DNA of 64,000 bases from an uncultured Nitrospiraceae bacterium (GCA_963727805.1 CAVSHF010000003.1:192001-256000); one strand, 5' to 3'; counted from the first letter of the stretch, positions 46,618 through 56,506 are shown. Program-made: numbers and translations. The notes: generated from the sequence alone by a model not told the origin.

Positions 46618-48465
46618 ATGATCAGGAACATTAAAAAGGTCATAGAAAAACTCAGCGCGGGGGATCCATCTGTACGCAGAAAGGCAGCTGAGGACCTCGC
46701 CGAGGGCGATGAAAGAGGAATCTACCCGCTGATAAAAGCATTGAGTGATGAAAATACAGGGGTTCAGGATGCGGCGATGAGGTCGCTAATTGCTTTTGGA
46801 GGCGAGATCGTAGCATATATGGTGCTCCCTCTGCTGCGCGAAAGTTCTTACCTGAGAAATACCGGCCTGATTATTTTGAAACAGCTGGGAGCTGTATCGG
46901 TATCTTTACTTTATCCGCTTCTCAAGGACAAAGATCATGATATCAGAAAATTCGCCATTGATCTTCTCAGCGAGATACAGACTGATGTCGACGCATCACA
47001 AATCATCCGGTCTCTTGAAGATGAGAATGCTAACGTAAGGGCCGCGGCGGCAAAGGCCCTTGGGGACCTTGGCTATCGTAATGCGATATCGCAGCTCATG
47101 GAATGCCTCAACGATGAAGAATGGGTCTGCTTTTATGCACTTCAATCTCTGGGAGACCTGAAGGCACTAGAGGCGGCATCTGCCATCGCGGCGCTCCTTT
47201 TAAGCCCTTCCGAAGTCGTCCGTTTTTCTGCCATCGAAACAATGGGCCGACTGGGTTCTCCGGCGGCATTACCTGCTCTGATGTCCTATCTGCCGAAAGC
47301 CTCCGATGACGAGGAGCTTGTGGTTGTTAAGAGCGTCATACAGATCGGGGCGACCCCGGATATGACTGAACTAACAGAACATATCGTCAATTTATTTCTC
47401 AAAGGCGACTGGGAAGACAAAGGGATCGCTCTTGAGGGGTTTAGCGCGCTTAAATGCAGAGAGGCTATCGCTCTGCTAGTAGAGACGGCGGGGCACCTCG
47501 ATCCCTTTAACCCTGACAGCGATGAGAAAACTGCCCTTCTTAAACGGGCTATTCTTACTATAGACGGCGAGGATGAGTTGCTCAAGATGCTCGACTCCCC
47601 CGATCTGAAATACCGCGGCAAATCTTTTGTGATCAATATCCTTGGCGAAATGAAAAGCAAAAAGGCGGCAGGCAGGCTTTCAGGGTATCTGAAAGATGTC
47701 AGCAGGGATTTGAGGCGGGTATCGGCGGAAGCTCTCGGAGAGATCGGTGAAGCCTCTGCTGTCGAGGAACTGATGGAAGCTTCCCAGTCGGATGCGGACG
47801 CCCATGTCAGGCGCTCGGCAATCGAGGCCCTCGGAACTATTGGCTCCAAAGAAGCCTATAAAGTCTTGAAAGGGCTGCTGGAGGTCGAAAGATATCCTGA
47901 CTTGCTCGAAAAGATAGTCGAGTCCCTGATGAAGATAGATCGGGAGGCGTTGCTGGCTGACATTGCCGGATATAACAGCACCATACGGCAGATTATTGCC
48001 CGTTCGGCAAGCGATCTTAAAACGCTGTTCATCCTTACTGAAGATAGTGATTCCCGGGTGAAGATTTCGGCAATAAACGGACTCGGCCGTATCGGCTCGC
48101 CCGAGGCGATTGATCAAATCATCGCCTTCCTCAGCCATGATGATCCTGAAATCAGAAAAGCCTCGGTTGTATCGCTTGGTGATGTGCATAGATGCTCGGA
48201 TGAGTTGTTTCAGGCCCTTGGTGATACCGATCCCCGGGTTCGCTTTTATGCGGTGAAGTCGGTGGCATCTGCGTGCGATGCGGAAGCAGCTATCGGTAAA
48301 ATATCGGGAATGTTGAACGACACCTATATCCCGGTAATCATGGCGTCCATCGACGCGATTCGGGATATAGGGGGCAGGGAGGCTTTTGAGGTGCTGTCCG
48401 CCCACGAAGAGCATCAGAATGTCGATGTTCGGGCAAAGATAAGGGAGGTGCTCGACGCTCTATGA
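46618..48465 (+). CDS. HEAT-repeat protein
   Basis: Many D.D..VR..A..ALG repeats across 615 aa; ATGA overlap with cheR. Confidence 0.9.
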   Translation: MIRNIKKVIEKLSAGDPSVRRKAAEDLAEGDERGIYPLIKALSDENTGVQDAAMRSLIAFGGEIVAYMVLPLLRESSYLRNTGLIILKQLGAVSVSLLYPLLKDKDHDIRKFAIDLLSEIQTDVDASQIIRSLEDENANVRAAAAKALGDLGYRNAISQLMECLNDEEWVCFYALQSLGDLKALEAASAIAALLLSPSEVVRFSAIETMGRLGSPAALPALMSYLPKASDDEELVVVKSVIQIGATPDMTELTEHIVNLFLKGDWEDKGIALEGFSALKCREAIALLVETAGHLDPFNPDSDEKTALLKRAILTIDGEDELLKMLDSPDLKYRGKSFVINILGEMKSKKAAGRLSGYLKDVSRDLRRVSAEALGEIGEASAVEELMEASQSDADAHVRRSAIEALGTIGSKEAYKVLKGLLEVERYPDLLEKIVESLMKIDREALLADIAGYNSTIRQIIARSASDLKTLFILTEDSDSRVKISAINGLGRIGSPEAIDQIIAFLSHDDPEIRKASVVSLGDVHRCSDELFQALGDTDPRVRFYAVKSVASACDAEAAIGKISGMLNDTYIPVIMASIDAIRDIGGREAFEVLSAHEEHQNVDVRAKIREVLDAL

Positions 48466-49295
48466 CTCCTCTTATTCTAACTGACGAAATCTTCCGGCAT
48501 ATTAGGGATTTTATTTATGAAAAAAGCGGTATTTTTATCCCTGACAACAAGAAATATTTTATTGAGAATCGGCTGGGCAAAAAAATTCAGGAAAAAAATC
48601 TTAAGGGTTATGAGGATTATCTCTATATTCTGAAATTTGGCGGTGACAGGAATGAGCTGACCACTCTCTTCGATCTTGTCACTACGAATGAAACATTTTT
48701 TTTCAGGGAACCTCAGCAATTCGACGTTTTCAGCGGAGACCTTATGGCGCGAATTATTACTGAGAACACCAAGGCAGGCCGGAAGGATATTCGCGTGTGG
48801 TCAGCGGCCAGTTCTACGGGAGAGGAACCCTATACTATCGGCATGGTGCTCCTCGAAAAAAGCGAAACTGTCGGGATGAGAAAAGAGATCTATGCTTCGG
48901 ATATCAGTGAATCTGTATTGAGTTCGGCGAGAGCCGCCGTTTATGGATCTTATGCAATCAGGAATATTCCCGAAAACTATATGAAAAAATATTTTACGAA
49001 TACCAACCAGCAGTATCAGCTTGCTGCCTCTGTCAAGTCCCTGGTTAAGCTTATGAAGGTCAATCTTATTGATGATAAAGACAGCAAAGCGATTAGAGGG
49101 ATGGATGTTGTATTCTGCAGGAATGTGCTGATCTATTTTGATGAAAAAGCCAAGCAGAAGGCGGTCTCGCAGCTTTATGACTCGTTGCGGCCAAATGGCT
49201 ATCTGTTCGTTGGAACGTCGGAAAGTCTTCATAATATAACGAGAGCTTTTAAGCCGACGGTTATCAATAAGGTTATCGTTTATCAAAAAATGTAA
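48462..49295 (+). CDS. cheR: Chemotaxis methyltransferase CheR
   Basis: TTNETFFFRE, WSAASSTGEEPY, FCRNVLIYFD. Confidence 0.95.
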   Translation: MTPLILTDEIFRHIRDFIYEKSGIFIPDNKKYFIENRLGKKIQEKNLKGYEDYLYILKFGGDRNELTTLFDLVTTNETFFFREPQQFDVFSGDLMARIITENTKAGRKDIRVWSAASSTGEEPYTIGMVLLEKSETVGMRKEIYASDISESVLSSARAAVYGSYAIRNIPENYMKKYFTNTNQQYQLAASVKSLVKLMKVNLIDDKDSKAIRGMDVVFCRNVLIYFDEKAKQKAVSQLYDSLRPNGYLFVGTSESLHNITRAFKPTVINKVIVYQKM

Positions 49296-49327
49296 AGATA
49301 CATAAGTATTGATTGAGGAGCCAAGGT

Positions 49328-49705
49328 ATGAAAATTCTCGTGGTTGATGACGACAAAACGACTCGGAAGTTGCTGAATCTTTTTCTAAAGGCAAAAGGAT
49401 ATGAAGTCGTGACCGCCGAAAATGGGCTTGATGCGATGGAAAAATTGGGGACGGAGAGTATCAATCTTGTCGTCACCGATATGAACATGCCCTATATGGA
49501 CGGGATTGAACTTACGAAAAACCTTAGAAATGATGAAAACTGGAAGAATATTCCGATTGTCATGGTGACGACCGAAGCGGATGAAGATGAGCGGAGAAAG
49601 GCTATGGATGCCGGGGTGGATGATTATCTGGTCAAGCCTGCTAATGCGGAACAGATAACCGACAGTATAAAAAGAATATTGAAAAAGCTCTTCAAGGGAG
49701 CGTGA
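49328..49705 (+). CDS. Single-domain response regulator (CheY-like)
   Basis: VDDD, TDMNMP, VTTE, YLVKP; GAGGAG SD. Confidence 0.9.
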   Translation: MKILVVDDDKTTRKLLNLFLKAKGYEVVTAENGLDAMEKLGTESINLVVTDMNMPYMDGIELTKNLRNDENWKNIPIVMVTTEADEDERRKAMDAGVDDYLVKPANAEQITDSIKRILKKLFKGA

Positions 49706-49707
49706 TG

Positions 49708-50112
49708 ATGTTTAATTTAAAGATCAAAGTTCTTGTAGTAGACGATTTCCCGACGATGAGAAGGATTGTGAAGAATCTTCTCAAGCAACTCGGTTTCGAA
49801 AACATTGACGAAGCCGAAGATGGAGCTCAGGCACTCGGCAAGCTTAAAGCAGGCGGCTATGGCTTGGTCGTATCGGACTGGAATATGCCGGTGATGGAAG
49901 GCATCGACCTGCTCAAGCATGTGCGGGAGGATGAAGCGCTTAAGACGATGCCTTTTCTTATGGTTACAGCGGAGGCTGAAAAGGACAAAGTGATAACGGC
50001 AATCAAGGCAGGTGTGGACAATTATGTAGTCAAACCTTTTACTGCCGAGGTTTTGAAAGAAAAGCTTGAAAAAATTGCAGATAAAAGACCATCTTTGAAA
50101 GCCGGGGGATAA
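49708..50112 (+). CDS. cheY: Chemotaxis response regulator CheY
   Basis: [34 protein letters not shown]; start 49702-49708. Confidence 0.94.
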   Translation: MFNLKIKVLVVDDFPTMRRIVKNLLKQLGFENIDEAEDGAQALGKLKAGGYGLVVSDWNMPVMEGIDLLKHVREDEALKTMPFLMVTAEAEKDKVITAIKAGVDNYVVKPFTAEVLKEKLEKIADKRPSLKAGG

Positions 50113-50113
50113 T

Positions 50114-51898
50114 ATGGCCGACGAGATGGAAGAAATTATAAGCGAGTTTGTCACCGAGGCAGAGGAGACGCTCGAAAAGATCGACCCGATGTTCGTTGAT
50201 CTCGAGACGAGAGGGTACGATAAGGAAATTCTTAACGAGATATTCCGGGGTATGCATACTCTGAAGGGCGCTGCTGGCTTCCTCGGATTTCAGCCCATCG
50301 TTGATGTCGCCCACAGAGCCGAGAGTATCATGAAAAGGCTTCGCGACGGCGATATGACCCTCACACGGAATATAATGGATTCTATCCTTAAAAGTGTCGA
50401 TATGCTGCGCCTCCTTATCGTTCATATCAGCGCAAAGGACAATGTCGAGGAGCACATCGCACCGCTTCTGCAGGAACTTGACTCGGTGATCATTTCTCAG
50501 GCAGAACCGGCAATAGGGATCGACCTCGAAACTGAGGCAGAGGTTGCACCCGAAATGCAGGTGCCGGCTGAAGAATTTACTGAAGTTGGACCCGACAGAG
50601 CGGAAACTCCTCCATCTTCGTCCACACGAGAATCTGCCGCTCCGGCCGCGGCCGAAGAGCAGGTACAGCAGGTAAGTAAAGAGAGGGAGGTCGTATCGAC
50701 CCTGAGGGTTGATATAAGTAGGATCGACAAGGTAATGGATCTCGCGGGAGAGATTGTGCTCGCCCGGAATCGGCTCCTCAACCTGGCAATGAAGCTTGAA
50801 CTCTCCCATTCCGGTGACGAAAATGTTGAAAGTCTCCTCGAGACGACGAGTTTTCTGGACAGGGTGACCTCTGACCTGCAGCTTGCCGTCATGAAGATCA
50901 GGATGCAGCCCATACAAAAGGTTTTTTCCCGATTCCCTCGCATGGTCAGGGATCTCTCAAGGAACATTGGCAAGGAGATTGACCTGGAGATATTCGGAGA
51001 GGAGACCGAGGTAGACAAGAGCGTTAACGAAAATATCGGTGATCCCCTCATCCACATTGTTAGGAACTCGGTTGATCACGGTATTGAATTTGCAGAAGAA
51101 CGAGAGAACAAGGGAAAGCACCGCAAGGGAAGGATCATTATAAGCGCTTATCAGAAGGGCACTCAGATCGTCATCGAGGTGTCGGATGATGGTAAAGGGA
51201 TAGATGTCGAAGCTGTAAAGCGGAAGGCCCTTAAACAAGGTATTGTTACTGAAGAAGAAATCGCCAAGATGCCTGATGAAACGGCAATCAACCTCATCTT
51301 CCTGCCTGGTTTCTCAACAAAAGAGGTGTCGACGGAATTGAGCGGTCGCGGTGTGGGCATGGATGTTGTGAAGACGAATGTCAGCAAACTCAACGGCTAT
51401 GTCGAGGTAGTGACCAAGAAGGACCAGGGAAGCACCTTTAGAATAAGTCTTCCCCTGACACTGGCCATCATTCAGGCGATGATGGTCAGAATCGGCAACG
51501 AATACTACGCTCTCCCACAGTCGATGATTGAAGAGACGCTAAGGGTCAAAAACAGCGATATCAAGGACGTAGGGGGGCAGCGCGTTCTCACCATTCGGGG
51601 TAAGGTCCTGCCGGTTTTCAGTATGTCCGAAACCCTCGGTGTGAGGGCTAGGGGGGAGAAGCGGCATGACAATAGTTACGTCCTTGTAGCTTCAGTTGCG
51701 GAAAGACGGTTTTGCATTACTGTCGATGAATTGCTCGGTCAGGAAGAGATTGTAATCAAGACAATCAACGGGGTCGACTCGGAAGAATGCGGCATCCTTG
51801 GCGCAACTATAACCGGTGATGGGAAGGTTGTACTCATCCTTGATCTCGCTATCACAGCGAGGAAAATATTTATCTCCAAGGCAGGTAAAAAGGCCTAG
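50114..51898 (+). CDS. cheA: Chemotaxis histidine kinase CheA (no obvious P2 domain)
   Basis: HPt FRGMHTLKG, short acidic linker, LRVDI, RNSVDHGIE, SGRGVGMDVV, C-terminal CheW domain. Confidence 0.95.
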   Translation: MADEMEEIISEFVTEAEETLEKIDPMFVDLETRGYDKEILNEIFRGMHTLKGAAGFLGFQPIVDVAHRAESIMKRLRDGDMTLTRNIMDSILKSVDMLRLLIVHISAKDNVEEHIAPLLQELDSVIISQAEPAIGIDLETEAEVAPEMQVPAEEFTEVGPDRAETPPSSSTRESAAPAAAEEQVQQVSKEREVVSTLRVDISRIDKVMDLAGEIVLARNRLLNLAMKLELSHSGDENVESLLETTSFLDRVTSDLQLAVMKIRMQPIQKVFSRFPRMVRDLSRNIGKEIDLEIFGEETEVDKSVNENIGDPLIHIVRNSVDHGIEFAEERENKGKHRKGRIIISAYQKGTQIVIEVSDDGKGIDVEAVKRKALKQGIVTEEEIAKMPDETAINLIFLPGFSTKEVSTELSGRGVGMDVVKTNVSKLNGYVEVVTKKDQGSTFRISLPLTLAIIQAMMVRIGNEYYALPQSMIEETLRVKNSDIKDVGGQRVLTIRGKVLPVFSMSETLGVRARGEKRHDNSYVLVASVAERRFCITVDELLGQEEIVIKTINGVDSEECGILGATITGDGKVVLILDLAITARKIFISKAGKKA

Positions 51899-51929
51899 AG
51901 GATTTTGCAGAGGAATGCAAGGAGGATAG

Positions 51930-53129
51930 ATGCAATTTATCGGTTTTATGATGAACGGTAGTGAATATACAATTCCTATATTGAAAGTGCAGGAGATCGT
52001 CAACCTGCCTCACGTGACCAAGCTGCCGCAGGCCCCCGATTATCTTGAGGGCGTTACGAATCTGCGGGGGAAGATAATTCCGATCATCAATCTGAAAAAA
52101 ATGGTTGGGCTTCAAAGCGAGAGCGCCGGAGAAAAAGTGATCGTCATTTCGAGCGGACGGATCACCTTTGGAGTCCTCGTTGACGGTATCACCGGGGTCG
52201 TATCGATCGAGGAGAGTGAGATTGAGCCGGCGGCGAATTTCATGAATACCCAGATTGAGCAGATAGAGGGAGTGGCCCGTATCAATGACAGGCTAATTGT
52301 CCTGCTCGATACCAAAAAGCTTATTCCTCTTGAGGATGTCGGGCTGTTCGAAGACAATGTCTTTGAGGTGACCGACACGGGGGATAATAAGGTCGAGGTT
52401 GTGAGAACCGTTCAAGGGATGGGCGGACAGATACTGGTAAAAGAGGTGGTTGATGCCAAGGACTATTTTGAAAAAAATAGCCCTCCTCCGGGCGATCCAC
52501 GCAATGAAATATATGGTAAGGTCATGGAATTCATGGACGCCGTTGCAACCCAGGACTTTGAAAAAGCCGATGGATTAATTCAGAGCATTGCATCTAGCCA
52601 GGGGCAGACTGGTCAGGTCGATCTTTTCAAGCAGGTCGGCAAAGTAACCCGGAAACTCCATGATTCGATCAAGAGTTTCAAGGAGGCACTTGATCCACGG
52701 CTGAAGGACATGGCGATGACGGATATGCCGAGTGCTATCGATAAATTGCAATTCGTGATTGAAAAGACTGAGGATGCGGCAAATAAGACGATGGGCATAG
52801 TGGAAAAATACATCCTGTTCATGGACGACCTTTCCATGCACATCCGCAATATCAAGGAGCCTCAGGAGTCGGTCGAATACCTGAAAAAATTCAAAAATGG
52901 CCTCGAAGATGATCTAACGGAGATCTTGACAACGCAATCGTTTCAGGACCTGACGGGTCAGACTCTGAAAAAAGTGATTACCCTGGTGGGTGATATCGAA
53001 GAGGAGCTTGTGGGCCTGATTGCAAGTTTCGGTTTTAAAACAGAGAGCAGGGGGAAAGCTGAAGCGGTTGCCGCTGAAAACGTATCTCAGGAAGGAGTAG
53101 ATGACCTGTTAAAGGACTTCGGTTTTTAG
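51930..53129 (+). CDS. cheZ: CheW-CheZ fusion protein
   Basis: aa 1-~135 CheW (PQAPDYLEGVTNLRGKIIPII, GVLVD); C-terminal CheZ (GKVTRKLHD, TEDAANKT, QSFQDLTGQ, SQEGVDDLLKDFGF). Confidence 0.88.
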   Translation: MQFIGFMMNGSEYTIPILKVQEIVNLPHVTKLPQAPDYLEGVTNLRGKIIPIINLKKMVGLQSESAGEKVIVISSGRITFGVLVDGITGVVSIEESEIEPAANFMNTQIEQIEGVARINDRLIVLLDTKKLIPLEDVGLFEDNVFEVTDTGDNKVEVVRTVQGMGGQILVKEVVDAKDYFEKNSPPPGDPRNEIYGKVMEFMDAVATQDFEKADGLIQSIASSQGQTGQVDLFKQVGKVTRKLHDSIKSFKEALDPRLKDMAMTDMPSAIDKLQFVIEKTEDAANKTMGIVEKYILFMDDLSMHIRNIKEPQESVEYLKKFKNGLEDDLTEILTTQSFQDLTGQTLKKVITLVGDIEEELVGLIASFGFKTESRGKAEAVAAENVSQEGVDDLLKDFGF

Positions 53130-53173
53130 AATATTCTCATTTACTGGGGTCATAAGCAAAACGAGGTAAAACA

Positions 53174-54238
53174 ATGGTTAAAATTCTCATCGTCGATGAC
53201 TCTGCCTTTATGAGAAATGCTCTCACGAGCATGCTTTCTACTGATCCTGAAATATCAATTGTCGGGACTGCCCGGGACGGTATGGAGGCTATTGATAAAA
53301 TTGCGAGCCTGAAGCCTGATGTCGTTACGATGGATGTTGAAATGCCTCGGATGGATGGTATCACGGCATTGAAGCATATTATGATGAAGACCCCCGTGCC
53401 TGTTATCATGGTGAGTTCTCTGACGACCGACGGGGCGAAAGTTACCCTTGATGCCCTTGACTTGGGTGCCGTTGATTTTATACCTAAAAATCTTTCCGAT
53501 CTGTCGGTAAATATCGTTAAGATCAAGGAAGTCCTACTCGACAAGATAAAACAGATAGCGAAAAGGGGACCCATGAGAAGGCCGGTCAGGCCGATCGATA
53601 AAGCTTCTATCGAATCGAAAGTGCGCGAAATGCACCTGGCCATGCCCCAGAGGGCGACTGGAGAACGAAAGACCAGCGTCGTCGCCATCGGCACATCGAC
53701 CGGCGGTCCCAGGGCACTCCAAGAGATTATAACGCTTCTCCCAAAAGATTTTTCGGTACCGATCGTGATAGCCCAGCATATGCCTCCGAGTTTTACCGGA
53801 CCCTTTGCTGAGAGACTTAACCAACTGAGTAAAATCGAAGTGAGGGAGGCTTCGGAAGGGGATCTATTGAAACCGGGCCTTGTCCTTATCGCGCCTGGAC
53901 GTGGACACATGAAAGTTGTGAAGAAACGCACTCTCGAAACGGTTGTGACGATATCTGAAAACAGGGAAGAATTTACCTACCGGCCTTCAGTTGACGCACT
54001 AGTGTCATCTATAGCAGAATGCTATCCGGGGAGGGCGCTTGGGGTTATTCTGACCGGAATGGGGAACGACGGATTGAAGGGCATGACTGAGTTGAAAAAG
54101 ACCGGTGGCAGGATCTTCGCGCAGAATGAACAGACGTGTGTCGTCTATGGTATGCCAAAGGCGGTGGTCGATGCCGGTATCGCGGACAAAGTCCTTTCTC
54201 TTGAGGAGATGGCAGGCGAAATCATAAATGCCGTATAA
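53174..54238 (+). CDS. cheB: Chemotaxis methylesterase CheB
   Basis: REC plus GTSTGGP, QHMP, LTGMGNDG, VYGMP. Confidence 0.96.
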   Translation: MVKILIVDDSAFMRNALTSMLSTDPEISIVGTARDGMEAIDKIASLKPDVVTMDVEMPRMDGITALKHIMMKTPVPVIMVSSLTTDGAKVTLDALDLGAVDFIPKNLSDLSVNIVKIKEVLLDKIKQIAKRGPMRRPVRPIDKASIESKVREMHLAMPQRATGERKTSVVAIGTSTGGPRALQEIITLLPKDFSVPIVIAQHMPPSFTGPFAERLNQLSKIEVREASEGDLLKPGLVLIAPGRGHMKVVKKRTLETVVTISENREEFTYRPSVDALVSSIAECYPGRALGVILTGMGNDGLKGMTELKKTGGRIFAQNEQTCVVYGMPKAVVDAGIADKVLSLEEMAGEIINAV

Positions 54239-54316
54239 TATGTGATGAGTGCTGCATAGCGTGTAAAAATCCTGAAGATGCCAGTAGAAGGAATATAATA
54301 GAGGGGGGTAAGCAAA

Positions 54317-55153
54317 ATGCAGAGTGATTTGGAAAAGATTATACTTGATACTATAGACATCCCGAGTCTTCCCACGGTTGCGGTTAAGGCTCTCGAACTT
54401 ATCAACTCCGACAGTTCTTCAATTGACGAACTGGAAAAGATCATTTCCAGAGATCAGTCTTTTTCGGCCCGCTTGCTCAGGATCGCCAATTCCCCTTATT
54501 ACGGCATGAACCGCCGCATCGATACCATTTCGAGCGGTGTCATGCTCATCGGGTTTAATACCATGAAGTCGCTGGTGGTTGCGGCATCACTGAAAGATAT
54601 GCATCGCAAATTTGGCCTCTTTGAGCAGAAACTTTGGGAGCACAGTCTCGGTGTTTCCGTCGCATCTTCCCTGCTTGCCAGAGTGTCGAAACTGGCACAG
54701 CCTGAAGAAGCCCTTGTGGCGGGCCTTATCCATGATGTCGGAAAGACGATACTCAACAACAGCATTCCCGACAAATATGCCCTAATCACGCAGAAAGTAT
54801 ATGAGGAGGGTACGCAGTATAAGGATGTGGAGACGGAACTGCTGGGATATACTCATTGCGATGTGGGCGGATTGATTGCACGCAAATGGAAGCTTCCGAA
54901 AAACCTCGAGATTGTAATTCAATATCACCATTCCGAAACGCTCCCCACTTTTGAAGATAGCTCCTTTGAATCGCTCTGCCAGATAGTCAATGTTGCCGAC
55001 TCTATCTGCCTGAGTCAGTCTATAGGAATGAAAGGTCCTGAGAATATTAAGGTGCACTATTCTAATCTCGGGTTTGGAGAGGCTGGATATAACAAGGTTC
55101 TTGATCTGTTTAAAACGACATACGCGGAGCAGAAAGCAGCGCTTATGGCGTAA
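54317..55153 (+). CDS. HDOD-domain protein
   Basis: IPSLP, LLRIANSPYYG, LWEHS, AGLIHDVGK, KWKLP..I.YHH. Confidence 0.92.
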   Translation: MQSDLEKIILDTIDIPSLPTVAVKALELINSDSSSIDELEKIISRDQSFSARLLRIANSPYYGMNRRIDTISSGVMLIGFNTMKSLVVAASLKDMHRKFGLFEQKLWEHSLGVSVASSLLARVSKLAQPEEALVAGLIHDVGKTILNNSIPDKYALITQKVYEEGTQYKDVETELLGYTHCDVGGLIARKWKLPKNLEIVIQYHHSETLPTFEDSSFESLCQIVNVADSICLSQSIGMKGPENIKVHYSNLGFGEAGYNKVLDLFKTTYAEQKAALMA

Positions 55154-55202
55154 CAATCAGCGGGGAATTATCACGATATGGCTTCGTGCAATTGTGAGTT
55201 GA

Positions 55203-55229
55203 TAAAGTATTTGTTATTTTGCCCGATAG
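55203..55229 (+). promoter_or_regulatory. sigma28 promoter
   Basis: TAAAG..., TAAA-N15-CCCGATAG (consensus TAAA-N15-GCCGATAA). Confidence 0.7.
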
Positions 55230-55235
55230 AAAAGT

Positions 55236-55430
55236 ATGGCTGATGATAACGGCTTGAAACAGATTTATGGAATCCCTGGCGTAATCGGGATTCGTCCGGG
55301 CTATGTGTTTGCCAAGATGCGACCCAGGAAGAGGCAGGAAAAGAAAAAGAAGGAATTTGCCGAAGAGTTTAGGAAAGCCTCTGTAGAGCCGGAAGAGGAA
55401 GAACAAAAAGGAATCGACATAGAGGTATAA
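55236..55430 (+). CDS. Small charged hypothetical protein (putative sigma28-regulated)
   Basis: 64 aa directly after the sigma28 promoter; basic then acidic tracts; ends KGIDIEV. Confidence 0.65.
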   Translation: MADDNGLKQIYGIPGVIGIRPGYVFAKMRPRKRQEKKKKEFAEEFRKASVEPEEEEQKGIDIEV

Positions 55431-55455
55431 AGTTCCCACCGAGGAAAAATTTTCC
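55424..55455. promoter_or_regulatory. Tandem GGWA-N5-TTCC palindromes upstream of flgF
   Basis: GGTATAAAGTTCC (55424-36) and GGAAAAATTTTCC (55443-55). Confidence 0.55.
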
Positions 55456-55503
55456 ATGTAGCTTGTTCGTCGGAGAAGCAAATTTCAGTCAGAAATCAAT
55501 AAA

Positions 55504-55593
55504 TACTAAGACGGCCATTCGTAAGAACATGATCCCTTGTTCACGGCCCTCCACAAGTAGTTGAATATACAGTTATTTGGAGCCGTTTTAGTA
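55504..55593. repeat. 90-bp segment bounded by 12-bp inverted repeats (possible MITE)
   Basis: TACTAAGACGGC ... GCCGTTTTAGTA, 11/12 complementary. Confidence 0.4.
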
Positions 55594-55682
55594 ATAGACA
55601 TCAGCCGCTAAATGTTGCACGTTTCGTTCTGATTGCCTTTCAGCTAATTCCTTTTTCAAGCCCTCCTCCTAAAAATCGTTTC

Positions 55683-55698
55683 AGGCATCAATATTGCT
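55683..55698 (+). promoter_or_regulatory. sigma54 promoter of the flgF operon
   Basis: AGGCATCAATATTGCT, GG-N10-GC. Confidence 0.8.
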
Positions 55699-55730
55699 TT
55701 ATTACTTTTCAGTAGAATGGAGGAGCCGGC

Positions 55731-56459
55731 ATGTATAGAGGGATTTATGTTGCAATGACAGGTTCGACGCTCAAGTTGACGGAGCTTGACAACATCGCTA
55801 ACAACATTTCCAATGTCAACACACACGGATATAAAAGAACATCTTTCGCAACACGTCTGTATCCTCTTACTGAAGGTCTTGCCCAAACTCAACCATCGGT
55901 GTATCCTGATGCCCGGGCAATGGCAAGCAATGGGAAACTTATAATTGACCATATGCAGGGGACTATACAGAACACGGGTACTGCCACAGATCTGTCTATC
56001 AGTGGTGATGGCTACTTTGTTTTAGATGTGAAAGGAACGCAAAATTTTACGCGCAACGGTTCATTCACTATTGACAAGGATGGGTTCCTCGTCAGCAGTG
56101 ATGGATACAAGGTCCTTGGCATGACAGACAAACCGATCAATCTGGGCAAAGAAACAAAGGCTGCTCCTGTCATAGCTGCTGACGGGACCGTCTCCGTCGA
56201 AGATAACCCTGTAGGGCAAATTAAGATCGTTAAGATTAAAGACGCTCAAAACATGTCAAATTCACTGTTTTCCGGAAAGAGTGATGGACCTGCCAAGGGT
56301 GAGATTAAACAGGGTACCATCGAACGATCTAACGTCAATCCCATGCAGGAGCTTGTGGCTATGATTACAGCCCAGAGGAGTTTCGACTCGATTCAGCAGG
56401 TGATAAAAACTTTCGATCAGCTTGCCTCAAGGGCAAACACTGAAATAGCGAAGGTCTGA
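55731..56459 (+). CDS. flgF: Basal-body rod protein FlgF
   Basis: IANNISNVNTHGYK, TRNGSF, IERSNVNP; precedes flgG. Confidence 0.9.
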   Translation: MYRGIYVAMTGSTLKLTELDNIANNISNVNTHGYKRTSFATRLYPLTEGLAQTQPSVYPDARAMASNGKLIIDHMQGTIQNTGTATDLSISGDGYFVLDVKGTQNFTRNGSFTIDKDGFLVSSDGYKVLGMTDKPINLGKETKAAPVIAADGTVSVEDNPVGQIKIVKIKDAQNMSNSLFSGKSDGPAKGEIKQGTIERSNVNPMQELVAMITAQRSFDSIQQVIKTFDQLASRANTEIAKV

Positions 56460-56506
56460 GCATCAATGGTAATTAAAAAAGTGGAATTTAAAAAGGAGGT
56501 CTCGAA

